A stretch of DNA of 64,000 nt. It comes from an uncultured Candidatus Saccharibacteria bacterium. Its GTDB lineage: Bacteria; Patescibacteriota; Minisyncoccia; Phycocordibacterales; JACOZG01. The notes beneath the pieces were generated by a model. The model was not told the origin of the DNA, made no database searches, and was given only the letters and a program-made list of their open reading frames with translations. Made by a program: the position numbers and the translations under genes. The stretch covers positions 1,371 through 65,370 of the forward strand of contig CAYHYA010000002.1 in assembly GCA_964360815.1 (NCBI GenBank), given 5' to 3'. This document shows, in pieces, positions 50,183 to 59,733 of the stretch; position 1 is the first letter of the stretch; the number at the start of each line of letters is the position of its first letter.

Positions 50183-52116
50183 TCACCTTAATTTGGTGTA
50201 CACATTTACATTTGTCAGATTGGTGTCGGCGGTGGTGTATTTGGTTAGATAACTTTCATAACGTGGATCGGCGAGACGAGCGTAGCCCGTGCCCCACGGC
50301 ACCTGATTTTGGAGGAAATCGCCGTTTTCATTAGTTTGCGATGCGGTGGCGGGATTAACTCCGACTACCGTCACGTCGGCGAGAATACTCCCGTCAACAG
50401 ATTTTACTTTACCGGCGACCGATCCATTGGTATAAACACTAGCAACGTCACTCACCTTAACCCTGGAGATGCCCCCGCCGCTGAAAAAATAAGTGTTGCC
50501 AGACTGATCAGAGGTGCCGAGCGTGGCTTCGTAAACAACGTTGTTCACAAGACCCCCGACCGTGGCGCTTGAGGTTGTGGTTGTGGCACTCACATTTGCC
50601 CCCGACCAACTACTACTACCTTCAAGCCGCCACATGAGCACAATTTTATTAAGATTGGGGTCAAACTTAATTGGCCAGCGCCAGGTAATCGCTGGGGCAC
50701 CGGCACTGGAGACATTCTTGTAACCGACATAATAAAGCGGCAAGCCGGGATGATGGCTTGGATCAGCCAGGTAAATAAATGCTTCTTCGTAATTTGAGTT
50801 AGCATAAATTACGCCATTTTCTCCCTCAATAAACACTTTGAGGGCGACATCGCCTTGGAAATTTCTCGTGTTACTTATCCCTAACGCCAGATCAACGGTC
50901 GAACCGGCATTAACGACGATTTGATTCTGTTCAAAATCAAACGAGGCCAGATGATAATCATCAATAATGAGATGTAGGGCCCCGCGATCAATGGCCACCG
51001 TTCCCGGATTGACCAGGCGGACATTAAAAGTGCTGACCGCTCCCGTTTGCAAACTAGAAGTTGGGGTAATGTCGGTGATAAGCAACTCGTTTGCGCCAAG
51101 ACCAACCGAGAGCGCGGTGACAACTTTGGCCGTAAGATAAACGTTATCATCAAAGCTTCCATTCTTTTTTTGTTTGTCCTCGAAGTAGGTGATGGTTTCC
51201 GCTGGATAAATCGGATTCGCCGTGGCGGCTTTGATCGCGTGGTGGGCCAGCACGGTGTCTAAAAGATTGTTACCCCAAGTGCCGTTTGGTTTCTGGGTGT
51301 TGATTAAAGAAGTCACGGCTGGATCAAGCGTGTCGTCCACGGCAATTTTACCGAGCAGGCGATGCTTCCACGGAAGCAGGGCCTCGATAACCTCACTGGT
51401 TACCGGCAACATGCTCGCGCCGTCTGCCAACACACTCCAGCCGTGGCCGGGTCGTTCCATATTGATGAGATAATGCAAACCGAGCGAAGCGGTGACATTT
51501 GGTTCCTCGCCTCGTCTCGATAATTGGCGGCGTGAAGGGCCTGGAGTGCCTTGGCTGTGGTTAATGGGTCGGATTCATAATCACGATTGAAGCTGAAGCC
51601 GCCCGTCGCCTCGTCGAGACCGCGAGCTAAATCTTCGGCGGTTGAAGTACTAACACCGGCTCGCGCCCACACTGCCAACTGCTCGGCCAAATAATCATTA
51701 TTTTCAGGAATATAATATTCCAACCAGTCGAGACCGCGATCGAGAACCGCGGCGGTGACGCCGCGCGCTTGCAAGGCCTCGAGCGCGGCGACGGTGGTAA
51801 TAAACTTAGTGGGCACATTACTCCCCCATGAGCCATCTTTGTTTTGTTCACCAACAAGATATTCAACCGCCCGATCGATAATCACCGAAACCGCCGGAAC
51901 GCCCCGCGCCCGACTAGACGGCTTGATCTCTATCACCTTAAGACCCAAGATTTTGGCCACCGGCTCGGCCGGTGTTAGTTTGGCTGGATTTAATACCTGG
52001 GCAGTGTTGGCATTTATCACGACCGGTTCAACCATCGCGCTCTCGGCAATGGCGAGTGGCAAATAAAAAAACCAAGCGGCAACTCCCACCACCCAAAACC
52101 CAGTGAGTATCTTCAT
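50183..52116 (-). pseudogene. Frameshifted secreted protein: prenyltransferase/squalene-cyclase-like repeats + Ig/CARDB/FN3-like domains
   Basis: ORFs 51400-52116 and 50183-51478 join into one 644-aa frame if one base is added near 51510 (YRDE-G-EEPNVTASLGLHYL); QNKDGSWG, QKPNGTWG, QKKNGSF repeats. Confidence 0.65.
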
Positions 52117-52242
52117 AAAAATTATTCTACAATCTTAAAACCATTTTAACGAAAAAGCAAACCGCCTGACGAGTAATTTTTGAATAAGAAAAAAGCGGCC
52201 GGGGTTTGTAAACCCAAGCCGCCCCAAAGTCGATTTTTCTGC

Positions 52243-52605
52243 CTACGTCATCGCATAGAAAATACGAGAACGGTCTTTTTTCCATGCGTCAATTTCTCCC
52301 TTGACGAGATTCGGGACCCGGCAGAAAGACGGCTCACCGAAACGATCGAGCATCTCATCTTTAGTGAGTCCTCGCACGCCAACACGACTCATGGCTTCGA
52401 CAACGACACGCAACGTGCAGGGTTTGGCAAGAGCGATAACATCACCACCATTCACGTGCTTTTCCGCAACCCGTAATGCGCGCCGGGGGTTACACTCGGT
52501 TGCACTGATAGCTGCTGGACGGCGGCCACGAACACGACGGTACTGGGCGTGGAGAACGATGTACATCGGGCTTCCCTGTGGAAAGTAATTAAAGAGCTTC
52601 TTCAT
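52243..52605 (-). CDS. Hypothetical protein (ORFan)
   Basis: Promoter TTGACA-18-TACAAT (52697-52668), GGAGA SD, hairpin about 52189-52223. Confidence 0.55.
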   Translation of the reverse strand: MKKLFNYFPQGSPMYIVLHAQYRRVRGRRPAAISATECNPRRALRVAEKHVNGGDVIALAKPCTLRVVVEAMSRVGVRGLTKDEMLDRFGEPSFCRVPNLVKGEIDAWKKDRSRIFYAMT

Positions 52606-52726
52606 TGGTATTTCTCCAGAAAAGGTTGGTTTTTCGGTATTAGCCAGACTATCTAGCTTCTATTTTGATTGTACACCCAACGCCACACACTTGTCAAGCG
52701 GTCAAGACGAGTTGAAAAATATGGCT

Positions 52727-54421
52727 TTAATTTGGGGTATTTGGGAGTATTTCTATAGAATTAATAACCTTGTCGGTATCCTGCCATCTCTCCAAAGTAT
52801 TTTGATAAAGCAATCCTTTTATTTCTGCTTTCTTTTCGTCGGGCATAGAGATTAGGAAATAATTAGAATCGTCAAAAAGTTTTTCTATTTTCAGGGTTTT
52901 TGAATTATTGATCGGGATAAAAACGGTTTCTTGGCCACAACCCTCGACTCCAGAGTAAAAAGTGACGCCAGCTTGAGATTTAAATTTTTCTTCATCAATT
53001 AGTGCGTCCTTTTCCATGGTCTTAATCGCTTCTCTTAAACCGGTGTCGAGATACTCTATGGAGAGATAGAAATCCGTTAATTCACCTAGTGGGATAACGG
53101 GTCCGGGGCCCTCCCCACAATATCTAGGGACAATGAGAGAAATAGAATGTTTTAGTTCTATTAATTTATCCGATTCTGTAATTGAAATTGCCGTAGATGG
53201 ATATGAAAATTTAATTCCAAGATTTTTGCTTTCATATGTTGGCCATGCCTGGGAATATATTAGTTCTCCTCCTTCATAATTTCCGTCACACTCCCATTTG
53301 GCAGTATACTTCTGCAATATTAATTGACGATCTATGAGTTTGTATACTCCAGTTGTCCAGCAATCTCCCAACCCCCGACCCTTCGTTGCAGACACAAAAA
53401 CATCTTTTACGGAATCATAAAACATTTCAACAACTCTATAGTTAAAAATTGACTCACCTTCTCTGTTTATTTCTTCGACGAGAAGAGGGGTATAAGTTTT
53501 TCCGTCATCTAATACGACCATGTAAGAGTATTGATAGGCGTGGGCCATACAGAACAAGATCAACACCTTGGTGCCATCGGGCATGATTTTCTCTGGTTTA
53601 ATCGCCTGAACAAATGATCGAAACGGTAATTCGTCAGGAATCCCCGTCATTTCATATGGATAACACTCTTCTTTGTACTGAGCCGCTAACGGTGCCCACC
53701 TCGGATCAGAAGCGGCCAAACTTAAATCTTCTTTAAAATTTTTTTCCTTTTCTTGTTGTTCCAATTGGTTTTCAGAAATTAAAGTATCGTCTATGAGTAT
53801 ATAATTGTGGTTAGATAGGTAATCTTTTTCTTTACGAGACATGGTGATAATTCCTTCTTTATATTCCACAAAATCAATGTCTGACCAGTTATCTTCATTG
53901 TTAATAAATTTAATTGGCACCAGTAACCCCCCTACTTCACGTAGAATTTGATAGGAACTAAAACCTTTTTCATTCTTCGTTCGAATTAACGCTTCGCTGA
54001 CCCCATCTCCGCTTATATCTTTTTGAAAAATATTTGTTTCAAAAGCTTCGGTACTGTTTTGAACCTTCTGTGCCGACTTGATCACAATGACAGGTTCGGG
54101 ATGTAAGCCAATCGAAAAAAATTGATAGATACTTCTTTCTTTTGGTTTGTTTTCAACGACTAGAAAGAATGGGGTATTGCCGATCTTTATTTCTTTCGCA
54201 TAGAAGTCGTACTCGAACGATTCATGATTTCCGAAACTATAATGATAATTACCAGGGAGGGTTTTTATTCTAAAATAAGGATAGATGGCTCTCAGGATTG
54301 GTGGGGCAGAATATTTTAATATCGCTTCCCTGTAACCAATGACCACAACGACCACAACCAAAACCGTCCCTAAAATTATAATTAAACGCTTCTTGTATTT
54401 TGAATTCTGACTTCTCAACAT
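52727..54421 (-). CDS. Membrane-anchored multidomain protein (DxxGDG repeat, DUF1176-like segment, PsbP-like segment)
   Basis: TM after MLRSQNSKYKKR; DISGDGVSE; C..HAYQ...KGRGLGDC; WPTYESKNLGIKFSYP. Confidence 0.55.
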   Translation of the reverse strand: MLRSQNSKYKKRLIIILGTVLVVVVVVIGYREAILKYSAPPILRAIYPYFRIKTLPGNYHYSFGNHESFEYDFYAKEIKIGNTPFFLVVENKPKERSIYQFFSIGLHPEPVIVIKSAQKVQNSTEAFETNIFQKDISGDGVSEALIRTKNEKGFSSYQILREVGGLLVPIKFINNEDNWSDIDFVEYKEGIITMSRKEKDYLSNHNYILIDDTLISENQLEQQEKEKNFKEDLSLAASDPRWAPLAAQYKEECYPYEMTGIPDELPFRSFVQAIKPEKIMPDGTKVLILFCMAHAYQYSYMVVLDDGKTYTPLLVEEINREGESIFNYRVVEMFYDSVKDVFVSATKGRGLGDCWTTGVYKLIDRQLILQKYTAKWECDGNYEGGELIYSQAWPTYESKNLGIKFSYPSTAISITESDKLIELKHSISLIVPRYCGEGPGPVIPLGELTDFYLSIEYLDTGLREAIKTMEKDALIDEEKFKSQAGVTFYSGVEGCGQETVFIPINNSKTLKIEKLFDDSNYFLISMPDEKKAEIKGLLYQNTLERWQDTDKVINSIEILPNTPN

Positions 54422-54431
54422 CTTCTTATTT

Positions 54432-55316
54432 TTATTTGAACAACTCCTTAAATTCTGGTGATGTTTCTGCCACCTCTTTCCAGAGGTAGTATTCGACACC
54501 GCTCCATTTATAGATTTGAGTGTATCGCCCCTTACCCACCATGTCTGGAGAGGTTGGAATAAGACCGAGGTTTTCTAAAGCGGGATCAATGATTATGACT
54601 TCCAAGATTCCATCACCATCTTTATCTTGAAACAAATCAGGAAATTTATCATAGCGTTTCATTAAAAAATAAAATCTATTCCATGAAGTTACATCTGAAT
54701 CTGTGTGCTCAAAATTAAAATCTCTGGTTGAATCTTTTTTCTTACCGACAATCGGATTTAGCACTTTGTATGTTTTGATTTTTGGATCAAGAGATATTAT
54801 CCAAAACTCTTTATCGTTGTATTCTTCCTCTATGTTTCTATACAGAGCACCTCCCTCCGAATATATGACCAACTCTTTTAGTCCATCGTTGTTTATATCC
54901 CTGACCTCTTTTATAAGTTGTTCCGGCTTCCATAAAAAAGGAGAGTTTATTTCCCAATAGATATAGTACTGGTTATTGGTTAGGTGTTTTAACATAATAA
55001 TTCCGCCTTTTTCTCCATAATCATCGGCCTTATAAACTCCAATGGTTACTCTTGTAGGTGGATTATTGTCGTCCAAAAGATATGTTTGGTTCTTTTCATA
55101 AAAATCACGTTTGGTTTCGGTCATACTTTTTAAGAGACGGTATCTATTACTACGTTTCTCTGGTGGTATATTTGAAAGATCAACAATTCTATTAGTAAAA
55201 GTATTAACTTCGACCGGTGTCAGTGTCTTGTTGTTTATTTGGTATATAAATATCCCGACTATTATAATCAAAACTGTCGCTTGGGCTATTTCGTATATTA
55301 ATTTTTTATTTTTCAT
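54432..55316 (-). CDS. Putative immunity/partner protein 3 (TM anchor + DxxxDG repeats)
   Basis: GGIIML...YWE, DINNDGLKE, DKDGDGILE, C-terminal YYLWKEVAETSPEFKELFK. Confidence 0.7.
   Translation of the reverse strand: MKNKKLIYEIAQATVLIIIVGIFIYQINNKTLTPVEVNTFTNRIVDLSNIPPEKRSNRYRLLKSMTETKRDFYEKNQTYLLDDNNPPTRVTIGVYKADDYGEKGGIIMLKHLTNNQYYIYWEINSPFLWKPEQLIKEVRDINNDGLKELVIYSEGGALYRNIEEEYNDKEFWIISLDPKIKTYKVLNPIVGKKKDSTRDFNFEHTDSDVTSWNRFYFLMKRYDKFPDLFQDKDGDGILEVIIIDPALENLGLIPTSPDMVGKGRYTQIYKWSGVEYYLWKEVAETSPEFKELFK
54439..54495. repeat. 57-bp conserved 3'-end repeat, copy 1
   Basis: AACAACTCCTTAAATTCTGGYGATGTTTCTGCCACCTCTTTCCARAGRTAGTATTCG. Confidence 0.9.
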
Positions 55317-55324
55317 TTTCGGTA

Positions 55325-55600
55325 TCACTGGTCCTGTTCATGATATGTCCCGCATACATTATTTGCATACTGAATCGTTGATGGAGCTCTGCCATTATAA
55401 TAACGAACAGCCCACCACAAACGATCTTTATCATTATCTAATAATTGAGTTACCCCTTGCCACAACAAAGTATTGTTATTATAGTCCTGTTTTAAAGCTT
55501 CGACCCAATTACTGCCGTAGGTGCTGATAAAATATTGGTTATTGTACGGTTCAACCTTAATAAAATTCCGATGAACGCATAGATTTTCTTGCTGTGTGAG
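55325..55600 (-). pseudogene. Start-less remnant of a third lysozyme-like tip (91 codons)
   Basis: Manual translation ends LWWAVRYYNGRAPSTIQYANNVCGTYHEQDQ*, matching ALRRYNSG..YRPDVC.IY and ALLQYN...YAIDV..IY of the other tips. Confidence 0.65.
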
Positions 55601-55610
55601 CTATGCATGG

Positions 55611-56390
55611 TTATGGAGGATACAACACGTTGCCAACCGAATACTGATCTTCCCCTGTGGATGGAGTGAGGGAATCTTTTTGTTCTCTCCAAAGAAAATA
55701 TTTTGAACCATCCCATTTATAGGCCCGATAGACTTTCTTATTGATCACATCAAGCCGATTTTCTGCTAATCCAAGAAAAATGTTGTAGGGTTGAACAATT
55801 TCTGGAATACCGTCTTTGTCCACATCAAAAATTTTCGTCATGCTTTCCTCGCCACCAAAACCTACATAGTTGGATTCTTTTCCGTCTGGTCTTATGTGTA
55901 TGAGATATGGGGTAATCATATCAAAACCGTCACTATTCCATTTGTAGATATACAGGGTTTCGCCCTTGTCATTATCCCATAGAGCAAGGATCTCGTTTAC
56001 ACCATCACCAGTAAGATCAGACACGCCCACCTTTGATCTTGGGTCAGAAATATCTTCTGTGCTTTCCCATATAAGTTTTATTTTTTCAAATTCTTTTTCC
56101 TCAAAAACCAATATTCCTTGCTGGTGGTGGGTAATAATAAGATTCTTTGCCCCAGTTTTAGTTAAAGAAAATCTCTGGTAATCTTTCCCTTTCGTAGCAA
56201 TCACGTGGTCAATCCGATTTTGTCTGTCTATTGGGTAATATAGTTCAGGTTCTCCCACCACGGGGGTGAACATGGCCGTAGAGGTTGCTGTGTCTTGCAC
56301 GTCTGGTTTTCTTGAATCAAACAAAAAATATAGACCAGCACCCAAGAGAATTATTATTCCCCACGATACGGCTATTTTGATTTTTGACAT
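55611..56390 (-). CDS. Orphan paralog of the immunity/partner family
   Basis: TM, GILVF...IWES, DLTGDGVNE, DVDKDGIPE, YKWDGSKYFLWRE. Confidence 0.7.
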   Translation of the reverse strand: MSKIKIAVSWGIIILLGAGLYFLFDSRKPDVQDTATSTAMFTPVVGEPELYYPIDRQNRIDHVIATKGKDYQRFSLTKTGAKNLIITHHQQGILVFEEKEFEKIKLIWESTEDISDPRSKVGVSDLTGDGVNEILALWDNDKGETLYIYKWNSDGFDMITPYLIHIRPDGKESNYVGFGGEESMTKIFDVDKDGIPEIVQPYNIFLGLAENRLDVINKKVYRAYKWDGSKYFLWREQKDSLTPSTGEDQYSVGNVLYPP

Positions 56391-56410
56391 GTTATTTTTT
56401 TACTCAATAA

Positions 56411-57202
56411 TCACCTAAACAACTCCTTAAATTCTGGTGATGTTTCTGCCACCTCTTTCCAGAGATAGTATTCGGAGCCGTTGAATTTGAAAACACTGGC
56501 GGACTGATGAATATCTTCGTAATCACCACTTTCATTTAGTGTAAGAACCTCTAAATTGCCATCATTTTCAAGATCAATGAATTTAACATCGGTGCCTGCC
56601 ATCCAACGATCGGATTCAGTCTCGGCCCCTGGATTTGGATTTATTAATTTAAATTCATCGTTATTCCATTGATAAATCCAGAATGTGGGAACAAGACGCA
56701 CTCCTTGCCACGCAATAAGCACGAGTTCATCAATTCCATCATTATTAATATCTTTGAATTCAGTGGTGCCCTTCATTGCTGAAAAATATTCTTTGCTTTC
56801 CCAAATAATTGAAAAGTGGTTATCCTTTTTTATAAAAACCAGTATGCCTCCTCTGTATGTTCCGCGTTCATCTTCGGGATGATTAGAATCTTGTCTCGAC
56901 TTATTTATGACCGTATCAGGACTATTCGGCATATAATAAACTGCGTACTTTTTTTCGCCATTTAATGTCGGGACTTTACTTGAAGAAAAAGCTGAATTAT
57001 ATTCAGAAAGGGGAACGGATTCTATGTAATTTAGCATATACTGTCTGGGGTGTTGCCAGTAGGACTTCTCGTCAAAACTGACCGACCAATGATTATTTGG
57101 AATTTCGGTTATCTCCTGTTTTACTTTAGTTAAGTAAAAAATCACCGCGATTATACAAAAAACAATAATAACAGCGGTCATACTTTTTCTCTTGTTAATC
57201 AT
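56411..57202 (-). CDS. Putative immunity/partner protein 2
   Basis: TM, GGILVF...IWES, DINNDGIDE, DLENDGNLE, YYLWKEVAETSPEFKELFR; overlaps the stop of the orphan tip. Confidence 0.72.
   Translation of the reverse strand: MINKRKSMTAVIIVFCIIAVIFYLTKVKQEITEIPNNHWSVSFDEKSYWQHPRQYMLNYIESVPLSEYNSAFSSSKVPTLNGEKKYAVYYMPNSPDTVINKSRQDSNHPEDERGTYRGGILVFIKKDNHFSIIWESKEYFSAMKGTTEFKDINNDGIDELVLIAWQGVRLVPTFWIYQWNNDEFKLINPNPGAETESDRWMAGTDVKFIDLENDGNLEVLTLNESGDYEDIHQSASVFKFNGSEYYLWKEVAETSPEFKELFR
56418..56474. repeat. 57-bp conserved 3'-end repeat, copy 2
   Basis: One mismatch versus copy 1 by eye. Confidence 0.9.
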
Positions 57203-58446
57203 ATATGCCACTTAAATAAATTTTATAAACATCAATTGCATACTGCGGGTCACGATTGTACTGGAGGAGTGCCTCTTTTATTTTTTGTTCGTACGACCAG
57301 GCAGGATGTTGATTTTCAGCGACTCCATAGTAAAAGTTCAAGGTATGTACCCCCACTTTAATGTTTACGGATGGAATAAACAAATCTTCGACGGGTCTAG
57401 CCGGACTGGAGACGTCCTCGAAACCATTCCATCTAGCGGTCTCATAGAGTATTTGCATCAAACCATAACTAGAAGCCAGAATTAACTGGGCGGTATAGTT
57501 TAGATTGGGAGGTAAAGAGGTCCAATCGCGATTTGGGTTAGCCTTAACTATCTCTTGGGCGGTAGGATTAGAATTTGTGTTCGCAATATTGAGTTTAGGG
57601 AACGCATCTTCACGATGCCTCATAAAAATACTTGTGCTCATGTCCGACACTTGATCCCCATTTATAAAAGTTTCTCCTGGGACATTATGCCCTCCGAGTC
57701 GCCAGTGTTTTTCCGGAAACCCATGCAATCCACGCCAACCTTGCTCTTGTGGCAGCGTAGAATCAAGTTTTGAATACCAATTGTAATCAGTATGAATTTC
57801 ATATCTTATGGCTTTTGGTTTGAAATTACTCTCTTTTTTGATCACCGCCTTTATCAGGGCGGCGGGAATATCTTTTGTCGCGTTATCCATGATAATACCA
57901 TCAACATCATTGTTATTTCCCCTATCTCCCAGCGTGGTCTCTTCTATTCGCACCCCGACGCTAGCGTTCGTGCCGTAACCGGACCGAAGTAAGATGGGGC
58001 CGGTGACTTGGTCGAGCGGCGGGCGATCCGTTCTCACAATACCAGTTTCGTCCCACTCATGAATCGTGGTACCGGCGAGAGTGGAAGTATAGCGCGCGTG
58101 CCAATTTATAGATTGTCCGCGGATAAATGACTGATTTTTATTCGGCAAAATAATGTTGGCTATCAAATTCGGAAGAAGATGCTGCCGCCAAAAATTCTCC
58201 CAACCGTTCGGCCATTCTTCGACCGTATAGCCACCGTTCAGACCCTCACCAATAGCGTACGTCGCATCACCACCGGCAAAGTCAATGGCGAGATAAAATA
58301 AACCTTGCCAGTCGTTATAAGTGAGCGGCGCCGTCGGCGTGTAAATAATTTTACCGGCGGCGACGGCGTTATGGAAAGCGGTTTTGAGGGCTGATGAAAT
58401 AACCAGAGAATCGATCTCGCTATCATTCGCGGCGGTAATCTTTTTA
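57195..58446 (-). other. Orphan (silent) cassette: duplicated stalk segment + alternative SLT/lysozyme tip
   Basis: Frame open through the whole repeat with no ATG/GTG/TTG until TTG at 58166; IKAVIKKESNF, SSYGLMQI, ALLQYN motifs. Confidence 0.8.
57949..58446. repeat. 498-bp direct repeat, copy 1
   Basis: No mismatch found by eye versus 61314-61811 (offset 3365). Confidence 0.93.
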
Positions 58447-58465
58447 GAATCGCCAAAAAGTTTTT

Positions 58466-59005
58466 CTATTCCGATTTAAATTTTTTGATCAAGTTTTCCT
58501 TTATGGCATATAGTTCATTACTTTTCTCTCTATCTTTCTCGGTATTATTGTCACAAAGTTCTTCATTAACTATCTGATTGTTGTTTCTGTAGGAAAAAGA
58601 GACAAAACTTGTGCAATTGGGATGGCTTATATCCCATATCTTCATTGCTATCTCATGTTCTGTTGTTATAGCAGAAAACGGCTTAATAGAGTATTCGAAG
58701 CTTAGTATAAATTCACTATTCACCATATCAAAAACATACTCATGTGATATGAGTGGTGGGTTAGGGTTAAAATCGTGAACAATTAAAAGACAAGTATTAA
58801 GTTTCGGACTATACCTGACAATTTTGTACTCCTTAGTGTTGGATAAACCTTTTTTATCATATAATTCATTGCACAAAATTGCCTGACGTATTAAATTGTT
58901 TTTTGGCAAGTAAAAAATAAAATAATAACTTAGGCCAATACCACTTAAGAAAATTCCCAGTACCATTAGAGAATAAACAAACTTTTTTATATTTAAATAA
59001 TTCAT
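58466..59005 (-). CDS. Hypothetical membrane-anchored protein
   Basis: N-terminal TM followed by YYFIFYLP; four Cys; AT-rich. Confidence 0.6.
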   Translation of the reverse strand: MNYLNIKKFVYSLMVLGIFLSGIGLSYYFIFYLPKNNLIRQAILCNELYDKKGLSNTKEYKIVRYSPKLNTCLLIVHDFNPNPPLISHEYVFDMVNSEFILSFEYSIKPFSAITTEHEIAMKIWDISHPNCTSFVSFSYRNNNQIVNEELCDNNTEKDREKSNELYAIKENLIKKFKSE

Positions 59006-59038
59006 GTTTAGGTTGGGTAATTAGTGAAAAACATGATC

Positions 59039-59710
59039 TCAATCCAATAATGACTTGATGTTTTCAATAGCAGTTCTCACAACTATATCTCTAAACTCAT
59101 CATAGGTTATTTTGAGGCTGAGAGCAATTTGGCGCTTTTTGTATGGTTTTCCTAAATATCCGAAGGTCATAAAACTCCAACTATTATAACCTTGATTCTC
59201 AAATTCGTTTTTCTGTTTTTTATCAAGGAAGCTAAAACTAAAATAATCTTCTCCGTGAACTGCTTTATTTCTTACTTCATAAAGTATCTTAATAATTGAA
59301 GAAAAAAGGAGTGTATGATGTCCTGGTTTTGTTAATGCTCTTTGGAAATCACACATCATTATTTTCTTGTCTTCAGGGAGAACAAGATCAAAAAATTTCT
59401 TTAGAGATTCAGAGGACTTAATCTTATTAATTCCAATCCGTTGTTTAGCAATAGATTCCGCTAAAGCCACCAAAAAAATAATTTTAAGAGCAGGTCTGTT
59501 GTTTCTCACTTTTTCCTGATCATCAGCTATTTGTGTATACCATTGAGCACAAAGAAGCATTCTACGAGTTTTTAATTTCCTTAAGCAATTTTTTATAAAA
59601 TCAGTCCTTTTGAATACTTCAGGAAAAACTATCTCTAAAAAAGTATTTAGTTCTGGATCCTCTAAAATGTCCTGTTTAATTTGGTTATCTAGTTTTTTCC
59701 AATCATTCAT
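59039..59710 (-). CDS. Putative HEPN-like protein
   Basis: Helical protein with LVALAES and LYEVRNKAVHG (Rx4H). Confidence 0.5.
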   Translation of the reverse strand: MNDWKKLDNQIKQDILEDPELNTFLEIVFPEVFKRTDFIKNCLRKLKTRRMLLCAQWYTQIADDQEKVRNNRPALKIIFLVALAESIAKQRIGINKIKSSESLKKFFDLVLPEDKKIMMCDFQRALTKPGHHTLLFSSIIKILYEVRNKAVHGEDYFSFSFLDKKQKNEFENQGYNSWSFMTFGYLGKPYKKRQIALSLKITYDEFRDIVVRTAIENIKSLLD

Positions 59711-59733
59711 TTTGTTTTTAAAAAATAATTAAA

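Noticed and set aside
58238-58456. 72-aa ORF MAILKRLPP... (and its twin at 61603-61791)
   Set aside because: Alternative frame of the duplicated stalk sequence.
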